Positions 1 through 11,933 of a stretch of DNA of 64,000 nucleotides are shown here, in pieces. Where the stretch lies: the NCBI GenBank assembly GCA_013239625.1, contig MU054187.1, forward strand, positions 21,703,280 through 21,767,279, in the 5' to 3' direction. Under the pieces are notes generated by a model. It made no database searches, was not told the origin of the DNA, and saw nothing but the letters and a program-made list of their open reading frames with translations. The DNA comes from Lama guanicoe (lineage: Eukaryota). Made by a program: the position numbers and the translations under genes. Each line of letters begins with the position of its first letter. The first letter of the stretch is position 1.

Positions 1-1927
1 GACGGGTGAGATGCAGAGAGAGAGAGGGGTGGGTAAAAACATTCTGAGTTCAGTTATTTGCCGTGTACTTTATTTCCATTCCATCCATAAAATAAAGATA
101 GTTCCCACTTTAATGTTTGACGTGAGGTTTAAACTTTGTGTATTTGTGTACTGATGTATATATATATGGTGTGTATGAGTTCTTTAGTATGTAAGCAGTG
201 CCTGACACATAGTAATTACTCTATGAATATTTTGTTTTTATTACTGTGATTATTTCCAAACTCTGAGTGAAAGCAGCTAGTGATATTTTGGGCTGTTGCA
301 TGTGGAGTTTGGAGGAGGGGAAGTCACCGGAGTACCAGGGCAGTGAGCGCCGGAGGACACTACCCGAGATCTAGGAGGGAGCTGTGAGCCTGCACAAGCT
401 GAGATGAGAGCTGACTTTAAAGAAGGGAAAGAAAATGTGTACATGGGTGCCATTGTTGTGTGGACTGTGTAAAATACCCCAGAGGAAATGAGGGTTTTAC
501 CTGGTGAACTATATGATTAGACTTGTTAGAATAATTGACAGCGTTGACTGCCTTGAGAAATAAAACCACTGCCATGGTTTAATGACCAGCTCTCATCTAT
601 ACAAAATGGCATAGGTAAGGTGGCACATGGATCGCCCAGAAAGCTCATGTAGGTTCCCATTACATTAAATCTAATAGAACCTGGAAATTTGATTGTTTAT
701 GTTGTAACTCAGAGTAAATGCAAAACAATTACTACACGTTCCAGAAAGGCTTGATCGCTAACACAGTCACTCCTTTGCTCATGGGCTGGGTTCCGCTTTT
801 CTTTTTCAGCCAGGCGCTCGGATAGGGACCTTGGCTTGGAGCTCATTGCAGTTTCTCTCCAGCTGGTCACAGCTGTGCAATTTGGAGTCCTTTAGACCCT
901 AAAGACACAGTCATTTCATAAAATTAGCAACTCCTAAAGTTAGTAACAATCATAAAGCCTAACAATTCTAGAATCTTGCATCGCATCGTTTATCCTGCCA
1001 TTAATAGCAAAACGGTAGAAGGCCTGATTCTATACATTAATGCCTCTGTGACTAAGATTGGTATATATGATTTTTAATTTAATGAAATTTTAATAAAATA
1101 GATAAATTACTATTCATAAAAACATTTTGTTTGCATAGCTTTTTACAAAGTATAAATTGACTTTTTTCTTACATCTTATTTTGAACCCAGCAATAATTCT
1201 GTGGGTTGGCCAAACAGGCAGGATTATCCTGTTTTAGGGCAAACAGACATTTATCACAGTAGTCACGTGGCCACCAAGTGTTGCAACTGGGAATAAAAGA
1301 TAGGCTTTTGATTCATGGTCCTGATATTCAGTCCACTGTTGCAATGGGCTGTGCCAAAACCAGGGAATTTGTTCATTATGGATTTAATATTTTTAATAGA
1401 ATTATTCATATTTAATATAAAGGAATGGGTATTTTCCCTCTGAGCAACTTTTAGCACAAAAATTTTGTGAATACTGTTTATAATTTGTTTATTAACATAG
1501 GGTTTTATCTGTTAAGCATTAACATAGGGAAGTCAGACATACATGTTTATAAACTTGAAAGCTACAAACTTACCAAATTATCACACTGTTAATATGTGGG
1601 GAAAAAAGGTTGATGGTAGCAGCTGTGAAGGTGCTTGTTTATAAGCCACATCCTTAGACTCAAAATAAACGAGAACCATGCGCTCCGACCTTCAGAGGCT
1701 AAAAGTGTAACAAACTTCCATTGATGTTACCCTGTTCTATTCTGTTACTGACAGATTCTGTTGGATGATGAACGGCTTGTATCTTTAGTTACTCAAGATG
1801 CCCCTTTGCTATTTCATGGAGTTACGCTCCCGTTAAACTCTGAATGTAAGATCTGCCATCGAGGAGGACAAAACATTCTAATTTTTATGCACGCAGATAG
1901 ATATGTGGGTTTTGCTTTGTTTTTAAG

Positions 1928-2063
1928 GGATGCAGTGGAAAAGCTTCACAATATGGATCATGTCTTTAAAAAACAAGTCGATGCAATTGTTGAAGCCCAT
2001 CAAGCTGAAATCATACAGCTGGCAAGTGAAAAGCAGAAATGTATTGATTCTGCAAATTTAAAG
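1928..2063 (+). CDS. LRRCC1: LRRCC1 penultimate coding exon ((K)DAVEKLHNMDHVFKKQVDAIVEAHQAEIIQLASEKQKCIDSANLK)
   Basis: Acceptor ttttaag|G and donor AAG|gtactg. The translation matches the recalled coiled-coil C-terminus of LRRCC1 and joins in frame with the exon at 3969. Confidence 0.9.
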
Positions 2064-2507
2064 GTACTGTAGGTAAAATTCACTTTGATAATCTGTATTA
2101 AATTGTTATAGCTAAGTAAATTGGATCTTTGACAATTATAAAGAGAAAAGGCAGCATGATTTAATGACCAGATAGATATGAAGAATATTGCCAATACAGT
2201 CATGAAGCCAGGCCAAAATGTTGGTAATATTTATATTAGTTGTAGAATATAATTGTAATGAACCAAGATTGTAAGTTTGATCCTGATGTGTACCTGCTCC
2301 GTGAATCTGGATCACGATTGCTGTATCCCTAATCCATTTCAGCTGGAAGCCCCTTTAGCTACACATAGGCAGGATGAGAAAGTGAATTTATTAAATACAG
2401 TCCATCACCATGTTGCACAAGCTCTAAAGGGATGTTTTATTATTACTAGTGTTCAAACCTATCAAGTTTTTCATTTTAGTACCATTTTGACAAAGGAATG
2501 GGTTTAG

Positions 2508-2677
2508 GGTGATACCAAATCCGAGGCAAGCATCCGAATTACCTGTGGAGCTTTTTAATGATACCCAGGCATGAATTTCCCCGTCAGACTTCGGTTCACT
2601 AAGTCTGGGATAAGACCCAGGTGTTTTTAAACCTCAGCAGGTGATTCCAATGTGACCCCTCTGTTGAGAACCACTAG
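2508..2677. mobile_element. MER5-like hAT-Charlie DNA transposon relic
   Basis: MER5-type motifs (aattacctgtggagcttttt ... caggtgattccaatg ... ttgagaaccactag). Confidence 0.6.
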
Positions 2678-3968
2678 ATGAGGACATAGAGGCGACAGTT
2701 ATGAATTTCCATTTTTCCCTGATTTTGAAGTGGTAATAAGAAACAGGTATCTTTAATACTGGAGAGTCAGAAATCAGCGACTTCCAGTTGGAGAAGAAAA
2801 GAGTTCAACAGTGGAAAAGGAAAGGAATACTTCATATATTATAGTCAAGGTCGTGTGATTAAGTGGCATTTCTGTCAGGAGTCTGTGTGACCAGAAAGGG
2901 AATGAGGTCTTTGGAAATAATCACAATGAATAAGGAAGTATAACTTGGTCAGAATTAGTCCTTTATTTCATTTCAAGTCGACAGATGTTTCAGATGTTTT
3001 ATTTAAAATCTACTAAAAATTAATAAAATAAAATCTACTGCATGTTTAACAAGAGTACGTTAGGTATTACAAAATAAAGTATAACATTGGGCCTTTAGCT
3101 GAAAGGAAAATACTGTGTATGATTTTTGGACATCGTGCCAGTACAGTGAAATATCAAAGGGATGTGTCTGTGACAGAAATGGTACCAAAGCTTTATAATC
3201 ATGAAAAAGCTTGTAAGGCATCACACATGTGATCATTTAAATTAGAACTGTTAGTTTTCTAGGGAAAAAAAAAGGAAAACTGTATTAGAGATAAAGAAGA
3301 GAGAAGTAAACACAAAAGGACGGTCATGCTGGCAGTACTGGCGTGTAGTATCATGGGAGAGAGAGTTTCAAGCAGAAATTAATAGTATCAAATACAGAAA
3401 ATCCTGAGAGAATGTAGGTTAACAGTAAATCATAAAATGATGTCTCAAAAAGATGGTCGTGTATAACCACCAAGCAGCAATTTTACAAATGCAATGGGAG
3501 CTAAATTCGAGTTTCTTTGGGAAGGGAGGTTATTTCAGTTTTGAAAGTTTGCAGAGAACTGGTGTTTAAGTTGAACTCTTGATTCAACATTCATAAGCAG
3601 ATAGGACAGTGAAAAGATTTGATCAGAAGACTGGCTTTCATCCAAGTGTGCTACCGAGAAGCTGCACAACGCTGAACAAATTTTCTAAGCTATAAAATAG
3701 AGTTAAAATATATTACCATGTGTTTATCACGAGACCCTGTGAGAAATAGACAATATATATGCAGGTACTTTGTTTACAGTATAAACATTATTTTCCCTAT
3801 TAGCATTTGAACAAGTGAACATTTTACTAACCTTGTTGCTTTAAATGAGCATCACAAATTACAAAATGTATAAGAATAAATTTTTTACTTTTTTCTTTCA
3901 CAGATGCATTTTTATAATATATTTTCGTTAAGAAATTTAAATGTTGTAAAATGTATATGTTGATTTAG

Positions 3969-4091
3969 GTTCATCGGGTTGAAGAAGAAATGCGTGAACT
4001 TCTGCAAGAAACATGCAAGAACAAAAAAGCAATGGAAGAAAAAATTAAGCAACTTGCTTTTGCTCTAAATCAAATTCAGCAAGAAATGTGA
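3969..4091 (+). CDS. LRRCC1: LRRCC1 last coding exon (VHRVEEEMRELLQETCKNKKAMEEKIKQLAFALNQIQQEM*)
   Basis: Acceptor gatttag|GTT, 41 codons to TGA at 4089-4091. Matches the recalled human C-terminus ...KQLAFALNEIQQDM. Confidence 0.92.
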   Translation, partial: VHRVEEEMRELLQETCKNKKAMEEKIKQLAFALNQIQQEM

Positions 4092-4272
4092 TGGTTCTGA
4101 GAACAAATTTAATTGAAATGGACCAGCAGACCTATTGTAAAAATGATTAAATATTGTAATAGTAGTAACTGCTATGACTTTGAAATGTCTCTTTCTACAC
4201 ATTTCATTTTGATTATATTTTAAAAGACTTTTGATCAAGTATTTATTAATTGTATATGTAGGCTCTTTTTAT

Positions 4273-4278
4273 AATAAA
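4273..4278 (+). terminator. LRRCC1: Probable LRRCC1 poly(A) signal AATAAA
   Basis: AATAAA about 180 nt after the stop codon, followed by T/GT-rich sequence. Confidence 0.6.
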
Positions 4279-5084
4279 TTGTTGATAATTATGTGTATTA
4301 GAAAAACCTATCAAAATAACTAGACTTAAAACACTTTTTCTTGTTTCTGTGCTATACATTGTTTGGTAATTACACATATGCCTACTAATATGTAAGTGAA
4401 AATTAAGATTAGTATTTTGACTATATGAAGGGAAGTATCTTAATATTGTTGTTACTTTAGTGTGTTTATGAACTGATTATATTTATTGCTTGTCCTTTAG
4501 TTGATTTAGCTCCATTCTTTTAAAGTGCTCATAAGTGTAGCCAAAAAATATTTTAAATCTGTGTAAGATGTGGTGTTTTTACGAACGCATATGTATGCAT
4601 CTCCACATCACTCAAAATGACCCCTTTTTATATAATGCATCTGACTCTTTCATTAAAGAATACATTTAAGGTTTTATAAACATTGTCTGTTCCTCAAGAG
4701 GAACACTGCTGTTCCACCCTCATTCTATCATTTTCCTTTTTAATCACTGTATGAAGAGAATTATTATTTTTCAACTGGAAACAGTTTCATTTCATATCGA
4801 TTCATTTATTAGTTTCACTTTTGTCACCTCTTATGTTCTGTGTATGCAGAACAAAAGTCTAAATACTATTCTCCACTATTTCTAAAAGAGAATATAATAC
4901 TACATTTTTAACTAATAGCTAGTGAGCTAAGTTTTAAAAATTAAATGGAAGCAGAAAAAAATGTAAAGAGAGGACCCGTTTCATTATAGGCAAGATTTGT
5001 ACTGAAATCTGTGGGACATCATGCATTTCAGCGTATGTAATGGGGGCACGTGGGGGAGGGGAGGACATAAGAAACACTGGGGAA

Positions 5085-7400
5085 AATAATAGCTGAAAAC
5101 TTCCTAAATCTGACGAAAAAGATTAACCTGCAGATTCAAGACCTTCAGTAAAACCCAGGAAAAACACAAAGGGACCCACACCTAGACACTGTATAGTCAA
5201 ACTGTTGGGAAAATCTTGAAAGCAGCAAGAAAATGATTTATCTCATATGAAGGAACAATATAGTTAACAGTTGACTTCTCATCAGAAGCAACGGAGGCCG
5301 GGAGGCACTGAAGGGCGTATTTGAGGCACAGGAAGAAAAGGAACTGTGTCAAGAGTTCTACATCCAACAAAATTACCCTTCAAAATAAGTGCAAAATAAA
5401 GGAGACTAGAAGCAGTGGATTTACATACAAAGTGCTCAAAAAAAAAAAAATCAGCCAAGACTCTTACATTGAGCAAAACTATCTGTCAAACATGAAGCCA
5501 AAAATAAAGTCATTACCAGATAACATCTGAGAAAATGTGTTGCTACCAGGTCCACCTTAACAACAAACGCTGAAGGAAATTCTTAAGGCTTCAGGTCCTT
5601 TCAGAAAGTGACCCTAGAGAGTAATTAGAATACACATTAGGAAAAAAAAAAAACTGGTAAACGTAATTATACAAAAGGAATATAAAGGTGTATTTTCCTT
5701 TCATCCCTCAACTAATTACAAAAGGAAATATATAAAATAATGTGTTTATAATTGTATTATTAGGAGTAAAACTTAACATTTCTTAACATCAGCATAAAGG
5801 AGGGTGGAAGCAATGCTGTTTTTAAACAAGGAACTAACAGGACATAGTAACTTGAAATCATAGAAACAAATAGCAACAAGAAATGGTAAATATGAAGTTG
5901 TATTAAATTAAGTTGTATAAAAAAACTATAAAAACAGTTGCATTTATAACATGTAACGCATAACAGCACAAAAAAAGGAACTAGAGCTATATAGGAGAAA
6001 CATTTTTATGTCATTGAAATTGAGTTAGTATAAATCTGTTGTATATTCTGATAAGGTGTCTATCAAAAGCCCTTGTGAAGCCACTAAAGAAATAACTTCA
6101 AAATAGATAACAAAAACCAAAATTGGTTAAGGGAATTGAAATGTTATACTAGGAAATATTTGTGCAATACAAAAAGAAAAGGAGAAGAAAGGAAAAGCAA
6201 ACCAATAAAAGTATAAAGCAATTTTTAAAAGCAAAAAAAGACATGACGGAGGAAACCAGGTTTAATGGCAGAAATAAATTAGGCTATCAGGTGTAATTCA
6301 ACCATAGCGATAATTACGTTAAGTGTGACTGGATTCGATGATCCAATCAAAAGGCAAGAACAGATAAGAAAACAAGAGCCAACTATATGTTGCCTACAAG
6401 AGACACTTTCAAATATGCAAATAGGTTGAAAGTAAAAGGATGGAGAAAGATATACATAAATAGCAACCATGAGAAAGCTGGAGTGGCTATACTAGTATCA
6501 GACAAAATAGACTTTATTACAAAAATTGGACTAGAGGAAAAGATTGTATAATGATAAGATGTCAGTACAATTGTCAGAAATATAATTATTAACATGGATG
6601 TACCTACAACATAATCCCAAAATGCATAAAGCAAAACTGATAGACTTGAAGGGAGAAAAAGGTTATTAAACTGTAATAGAGAATTCAATACTCTGCTTTC
6701 AATAATGGATAGGACGATGAGGCAGAAGATGAACAAGGAAATACATTTCAACAACACTGTAAGCCAGCGAGGCATGGTGGACACCTAGCTACATAGAACA
6801 CTTTCAACAACAGCAGAATCTCAACATTCTTTCCAGGTATGCATAGAGCATTCTGCAGGACAGATCAGATTCAAGGCCACAAAGCAAGCCCCAGTGGATT
6901 TAGGATTGTTGAAAGCATACGAAGTATGCTCTCTGACTGACCACAGTGAAGTGAAATTAAGAAGGAATAACAAATTTGGAAGTTTCACAATTATGTGGAA
7001 ATTAAACAACACACTCCCAAATAATGACTGGATCAAAGAAGAAACCACAAGGGAAATTAGAAAAGTTATTTGAGGTGAATGGAAATAAAAAATACAACAA
7101 AACTTATGAGATGGAACTAAAGCAATTGGTAGATGGAAGTTTCTACCTGCAAACAACTACATTAGGAAAGAAGGAATATCTGAAATTAATATCCAAACCT
7201 TCCACCTATAAGATACTGGGGAAAGAGGAGCAAAGCAGACAGAATGGAGGAAATAAAAATTACAGCAGAATTTAATGAGAGAATAGAAGAAGAATACACA
7301 CAATGTACCTAAACTTTCAACTTAGAAAAATCAATGAAGCTGACAAACCTTGAGCTTGACTAAGGGAAAAAAAAGACTCAAATTATTAAAATCAGGAATG
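5085..7400 (+). mobile_element. Degraded LINE-1 (ORF1 remnant plus ORF2 endonuclease region)
   Basis: ORF1-like ataatagctgaaaacttcctaaatctg and ORF2 endonuclease-like ccaactatatgttgcctacaagagacac, gaaagctggagtggctatactagtatcagacaaaatagacttt. A-rich with many stops. Confidence 0.85.
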
Positions 7401-7429
7401 AAAGCAAGAAAATAATAGCAGTAATAATC

Positions 7430-9630
7430 GGGGTGGGAGGAAACTTTGCAAGTTGATGAATATATTTATGGCCTTAATGACAGTGATAGTTTCATGAGTA
7501 TATACTTATCCTCACTCATCCAGTTGTATACATTAAATATGTGCAGATTCTACATGTCAACCATACCTTAATAAAGTGGTTTAAAATGAAAAGAAAAAAT
7601 TTCGTTGGCAATAGAATCAAAAATTAAATTTTTAGGTATAAATTGACCAAAAATGCAAACCTGACACTCTGAAAACTAGAAAACATTGTTGAAAGAAATC
7701 AAAAAGACTTATTACTCATGGATTGGAAGAAAACATTGTTAAGGTGCTAGTTCTCCCCCAAATTCATCTCCATATTAAATGCAATCCCTACCAAAATCTC
7801 AGCTATCTTATTTGCAGAAATTAAGATGATTCTAAAATTCATATAGAAATTCAAGGGACCTAGACTAGCCAAAGTAATCTTGAAAACGAAAAAATTAGGA
7901 AGCTCACACTTCCTCACTTCAAAACTTACTAGAAATCTACAGTAATCAAAACTGTCTGGTACTGGCATAAAGGTGGACATACAGATTCATGGAACTGAAA
8001 AGAGAGCCTTGAAATAAATCCTCACACATAAGGTCAAATGATTTTTGACAAGTGTGCCAATACCATTCAATGGAGGAATATGAAATGATGCAGCAACTGT
8101 GGAAAACAATATGGCAGTTACTAAAAAAATTAAAATAGAATTATAAGATCCAACAATCCCACTTCTGGGTTTATACCCAAAAGAATGGAAAGCAAGGTGT
8201 CACATAGATATATGTAGGTCAGCAGCATTATTAGCCAAAGTTGGATGCAATCCACTGTCTGTTTACAGATGAATGGATAAACAAAATATGGTGCATGTAT
8301 ATACATGGATGCTGGATGATTAATCAGCTTTAGGGGATGGAAATTCTGACACATGCTACAATGTAGATGACCCTGGAAGATATTATGCTAGGTGAAACAA
8401 GCTAGGCACAAAAAGACAAATACTGTATGAGTCCACTTACACGATGTACTTAAAATAGTCAAATTTATAGACAGGTGGTTACCAGGTGCTCAGGGAAGGG
8501 CAGATGGGGAGTTATTGGTTTGTTTGTTTCTCACTTTTTAAATTTTTTAAAATTATTTATTTTGGGGGGAAGGGGAGGTGATTAGGTGTTTATTTATTTA
8601 TTTATTTATACGAAGGTATTGGGGTTTGAACCAGAACCTCACACATACTAAGCACACAGTCTACCACTGAGCTATATGTACCCTTCACCCAGGGAGTTAT
8701 TGTTTAATGGGTAAAGAGTTTCAGTTTTACAAGATGGAAAGACTTGTCAAGCTACATGGTGGTGATAGTTTCACCACACTGTGAATATACTTAGTACCAC
8801 TGAACTGTATATAATTAAAATGGTAAATTTTATGTTATATGTATTTTATTACAATTAAAAATAACAGTTTTTTAAAAACATTAAAACTCAGGGGGAAAAA
8901 CATCCTGGGTAAAGAGTATAAATAGACATTTATCCAAAAAAGATATACAAATGGCCAATAAGTACTTGAAAAGATGCTCAAAATCATTCATCATTAGAGA
9001 AATAGCAAATCATAACCACAATGAGATAATACTTCTCACCCAGGACTATAACCAAAAAGACGATACAAGTTGGGGGAATAACACGGAGCACCTGGAATTC
9101 TCATACACGCTGGTGTGAATGTCAAATGGTGCAGCCACTCTGGAAGACAGCCTGACAGTTCCTCAAAGGTTAAACAGAATTACCGTATGACCCAAGAACT
9201 CCATTCCTAGTTATATACCCGGGAGAAATAAACATTTGGTCCACATAGTAACCTGTATACAGTGTTCATTACAGTATTTTTCAAAACAGCTAAAAGGTAG
9301 AAATAACCCAAAGGTCCATCAAGTGATGAATAGATAAATAAAATGAGGTATTTCTACCCAATAGAATATTGATTGGCAATAAAAAAGAAATGAAATAGTG
9401 ATACAACAGGGATGAACCTTGGAAATATTATGCTAAGTGAAAGAAACCAGTCATTATAGACCACATATTGTATGATTCCATTTATTTGAAATGTCCATAA
9501 TAAAAAAAATGCATAGAGACAGAAAGTAGATTGATTCGTGCTCACCAGTTGCTAGAGGCTTATGGAGAAATAAACGTATGTTGAGTTTCTTTGGGTGGCA
9601 ATGAATATATTAAAAATCACTGAACTGTCT
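7430..9630 (+). mobile_element. Cluster of old L1 (L1M-type) ORF2 and 3' end fragments
   Basis: Several L1 3'UTR ends (7430-7595, 8080-8880, 8900-9630) and ORF2 pieces (aaatgcaatccctaccaaaatc, acagtaatcaaaactgtctggtactggcataaag). Confidence 0.8.
8525..8690 (-). mobile_element. vic-1-like camelid tRNA-derived SINE inserted in an L1 3' end
   Basis: Reverse complement of a tRNA-like head (tatagctcagtggtagac...ggttcaaaccccaatacc) and an (AAAT)n tail. Target-site duplication gggagttattg(g)ttt on both sides. Confidence 0.8.
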
Positions 9631-9709
9631 ACTTTCCTATTTACAATCATATCAAACAGAATAAAATACCTAGGAATACTTTTACCTAAGAAGGTAAAAG
9701 ATAATATAA

Positions 9710-10158
9710 TATTCTGAGCCATATGTGTTGAGCTGTTTTGTAGATCCTGACACCCCCACCATGTGGGTGGCCAGACTAACCATGGCACAAGCTGCTGCAA
9801 ATCCCAGAACTGGTCTCAAGGAAATGGGAACAAATCGACCAGGGAACTGAAGGCAAACTGTATTTAAAACAATCAAGATGATGCTAATCAGACCACTGCA
9901 TGACTAATTTCAAGATCGTTGTCAGAGCTGATTGTGCATCTCTGCACGTAACCCCTCTCTCTGCCACCACGCCTCTGAAACTCTCCTTTAAAAGCTCTTT
10001 CCCATTGATTGGCAGTGGGGAATTGGCCTTTGAACATAAGTCTGCCTTCTCCCCTGGTTGCCGGCCTCCAGAATACTGCAAATTTTCCTTCTACCAACAT
10101 TTTTCTCTTCAATATTGGCTTTCAAACAGCGAGCAGCCTGACCTGAATTTATGTAACA
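9710..10158 (+). mobile_element. Solo ERV1-like LTR (MER34/MER39-like 3' end)
   Basis: About 450 bp, TATA-like ctttaaaagc, ends gcgagcagcctgacctgaatttatgtaaca. Confidence 0.6.
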
Positions 10159-10164
10159 CAATGG

Positions 10165-10523
10165 AATACATTGTCTCCCCCAAATTCATGTTAAAACCAT
10201 AACCCCCAGTGTGGTGGTATCTGCAGAGGGAGCCTTTGGGAGGTACAGGTTAAGATGAGGTCACAAGAGTGGGGACCCTCATGATGGAATTAATGTCCTT
10301 ATAAGAAGAGACACCAGAGAACTTGCTTGTTCTGTCTCTGCCACGTGAGGACACAGAGAGACGGTGGCTGTCTGCAAGCCAGGAAGAGAGCCCTCACCAG
10401 AAGGTGACTATGCCAACTCCCTGACCTTGACCTTCCAGCCTCCAGAACTGTGAGAAAATTAATTTCCGCTGTTTAAGGCACGCTGCCTATGGTATTTTTG
10501 TTACGGCAGCCCAAGCTAAGACA
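10165..10523 (+). mobile_element. MaLR LTR (MLT1A-like)
   Basis: cccccaaattcatgttaaaacc...cttataagaagagacaccagaga...ttacggcagcccaagctaagaca. Confidence 0.85.
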
Positions 10524-11775
10524 CACATTTTAAAAAAGTTTTTAGAAAGAACAATTTTATTTTTATCAATCCCTGCATCTATAACAGAAGGTTATCTCTT
10601 CAAATTAAAACTAAAACCCCCTTAAGAAACACTATTGTGTTCATTACTTTTATTAATTTATTAATCAATTAAGTTACTCTGCAAAATGTGTCCAGTTTTA
10701 CTAGCTAATGCTGTCTCACTCCATTCCAGTGACTTTTTTGCTATTGTTATTTAAAATTAAGCAAAATCTTTCTTGCATGGAACTTTCTCGATTTATTAAT
10801 CATACGGAATTTTCATTCACCTAATATTTACTGAACATCTACTATATTCAGTGTTGTGTGTGACACCCTCTCAGTTCAATTTTTAGTCCTCACTCTCAAG
10901 AGTTCGTAATGTAATGAGGAAAAACTTTCTTTTACTCAGATCTGTATGGGACCTCATTTCCCATCGACAGTTTGGGGTGTCACAAAGCACAAGAACCTGT
11001 GAGTGCCTAATCTAAATAATACAATTTAATTTGGTTCCAATACAGTATTAAGAACACTGTTCTAATTGCTGGAAATCTGGGTTCTAGCGGCGCTTCCTTG
11101 GGCAATTCACGACCTCTCTCTCTACACTCAGTACCTCTACCTTTGAACTCCATGATTCTGCTTTTCTGTATTCTGAATGTAAAAAACAAAACAAAACAAA
11201 AACTTTGGAATAAAAGCTTGCACTTGGCCCGAGTCACTGATAGATTTGCAAAGGACGCCAAAGTTGCAAAAGCGCAGGCAGCAGAAACCGCCCAATGACG
11301 GGAAGAGACCGGAGGCTGCGCTCGTGCGGCTCCTCAAACCCAGCAGCTCAGACACCCACTGCCACCAGGCAGGGTGTCCTCCTGCCCCAGGGAAGTCCTT
11401 TTCTGCTCGCGGCGTCGTTGCAGGAGGTCGCCGGTCCCGGGGAGCAGCTCGAGTGCAGCCTGGGGACGAGCGTGAAATCCACCCACCCACGCGCCCCTCC
11501 TCCCCGCTCGCCCCTCCTTCCTACAGAAAAATGCGTTTCCAAGCAACGGTGGGTGGCGGCGTCACTTCCTGCCATTTAAACTCGGGTCCCCACCCCTCGC
11601 CGCCCCTTCTCCTGGCTTCCACTCCCCCTCCCCTCGGTCGTGGGCTCCCTTGTCGCGTCCCCGGGCTCGGGGAGGGGGCGGAGGCCGGGCGCGCCGGGCG
11701 GCCCCGAGGCCAGTGGGCGCCGCGCACCTGTTGTTTGCGGGAGCCCGCGCCCCTTCGTCCCGCCTTCGGTCGGCC

Positions 11776-11810
11776 CGGCGGCGGCGGCGGCGGCGGCAGC
11801 GGCCGCCGCG
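11776..11810 (+). repeat. (CGG)7 followed by degenerate GCN triplets
   Basis: cggcggcggcggcggcggcggcagcggccgccgcg seen directly. Confidence 0.9.
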
Positions 11811-11837
11811 GAGCCGACCCGACAGGTGGCCGAGCGC

Positions 11838-11882
11838 AGCAGCAGCAGGCACGAGAAGAGCCTGGGGCTGCTCACCACCAAG

Positions 11883-11917
<35 letters not shown>

Positions 11918-11933
11918 CCTGGATCTCAAAGCG
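11838..11933 (+). CDS. E2F5: E2F5 exon 1, conserved coding part ([32 protein letters not shown]); start codon not present
   Basis: Start of the E2F4/5 winged-helix DNA-binding domain; donor GCG|gtgagc at 11934. No ATG upstream in frame. Confidence 0.92.

Noticed and set aside
1761..1927. N-terminal 56 codons of ORF 1761-2072, with an upstream AG at 1753-1754
   Set aside because: Only 1928-2063 resembles LRRCC1. The upstream acceptor is 173 nt away, so it would be out of phase. Treated as open intron sequence.
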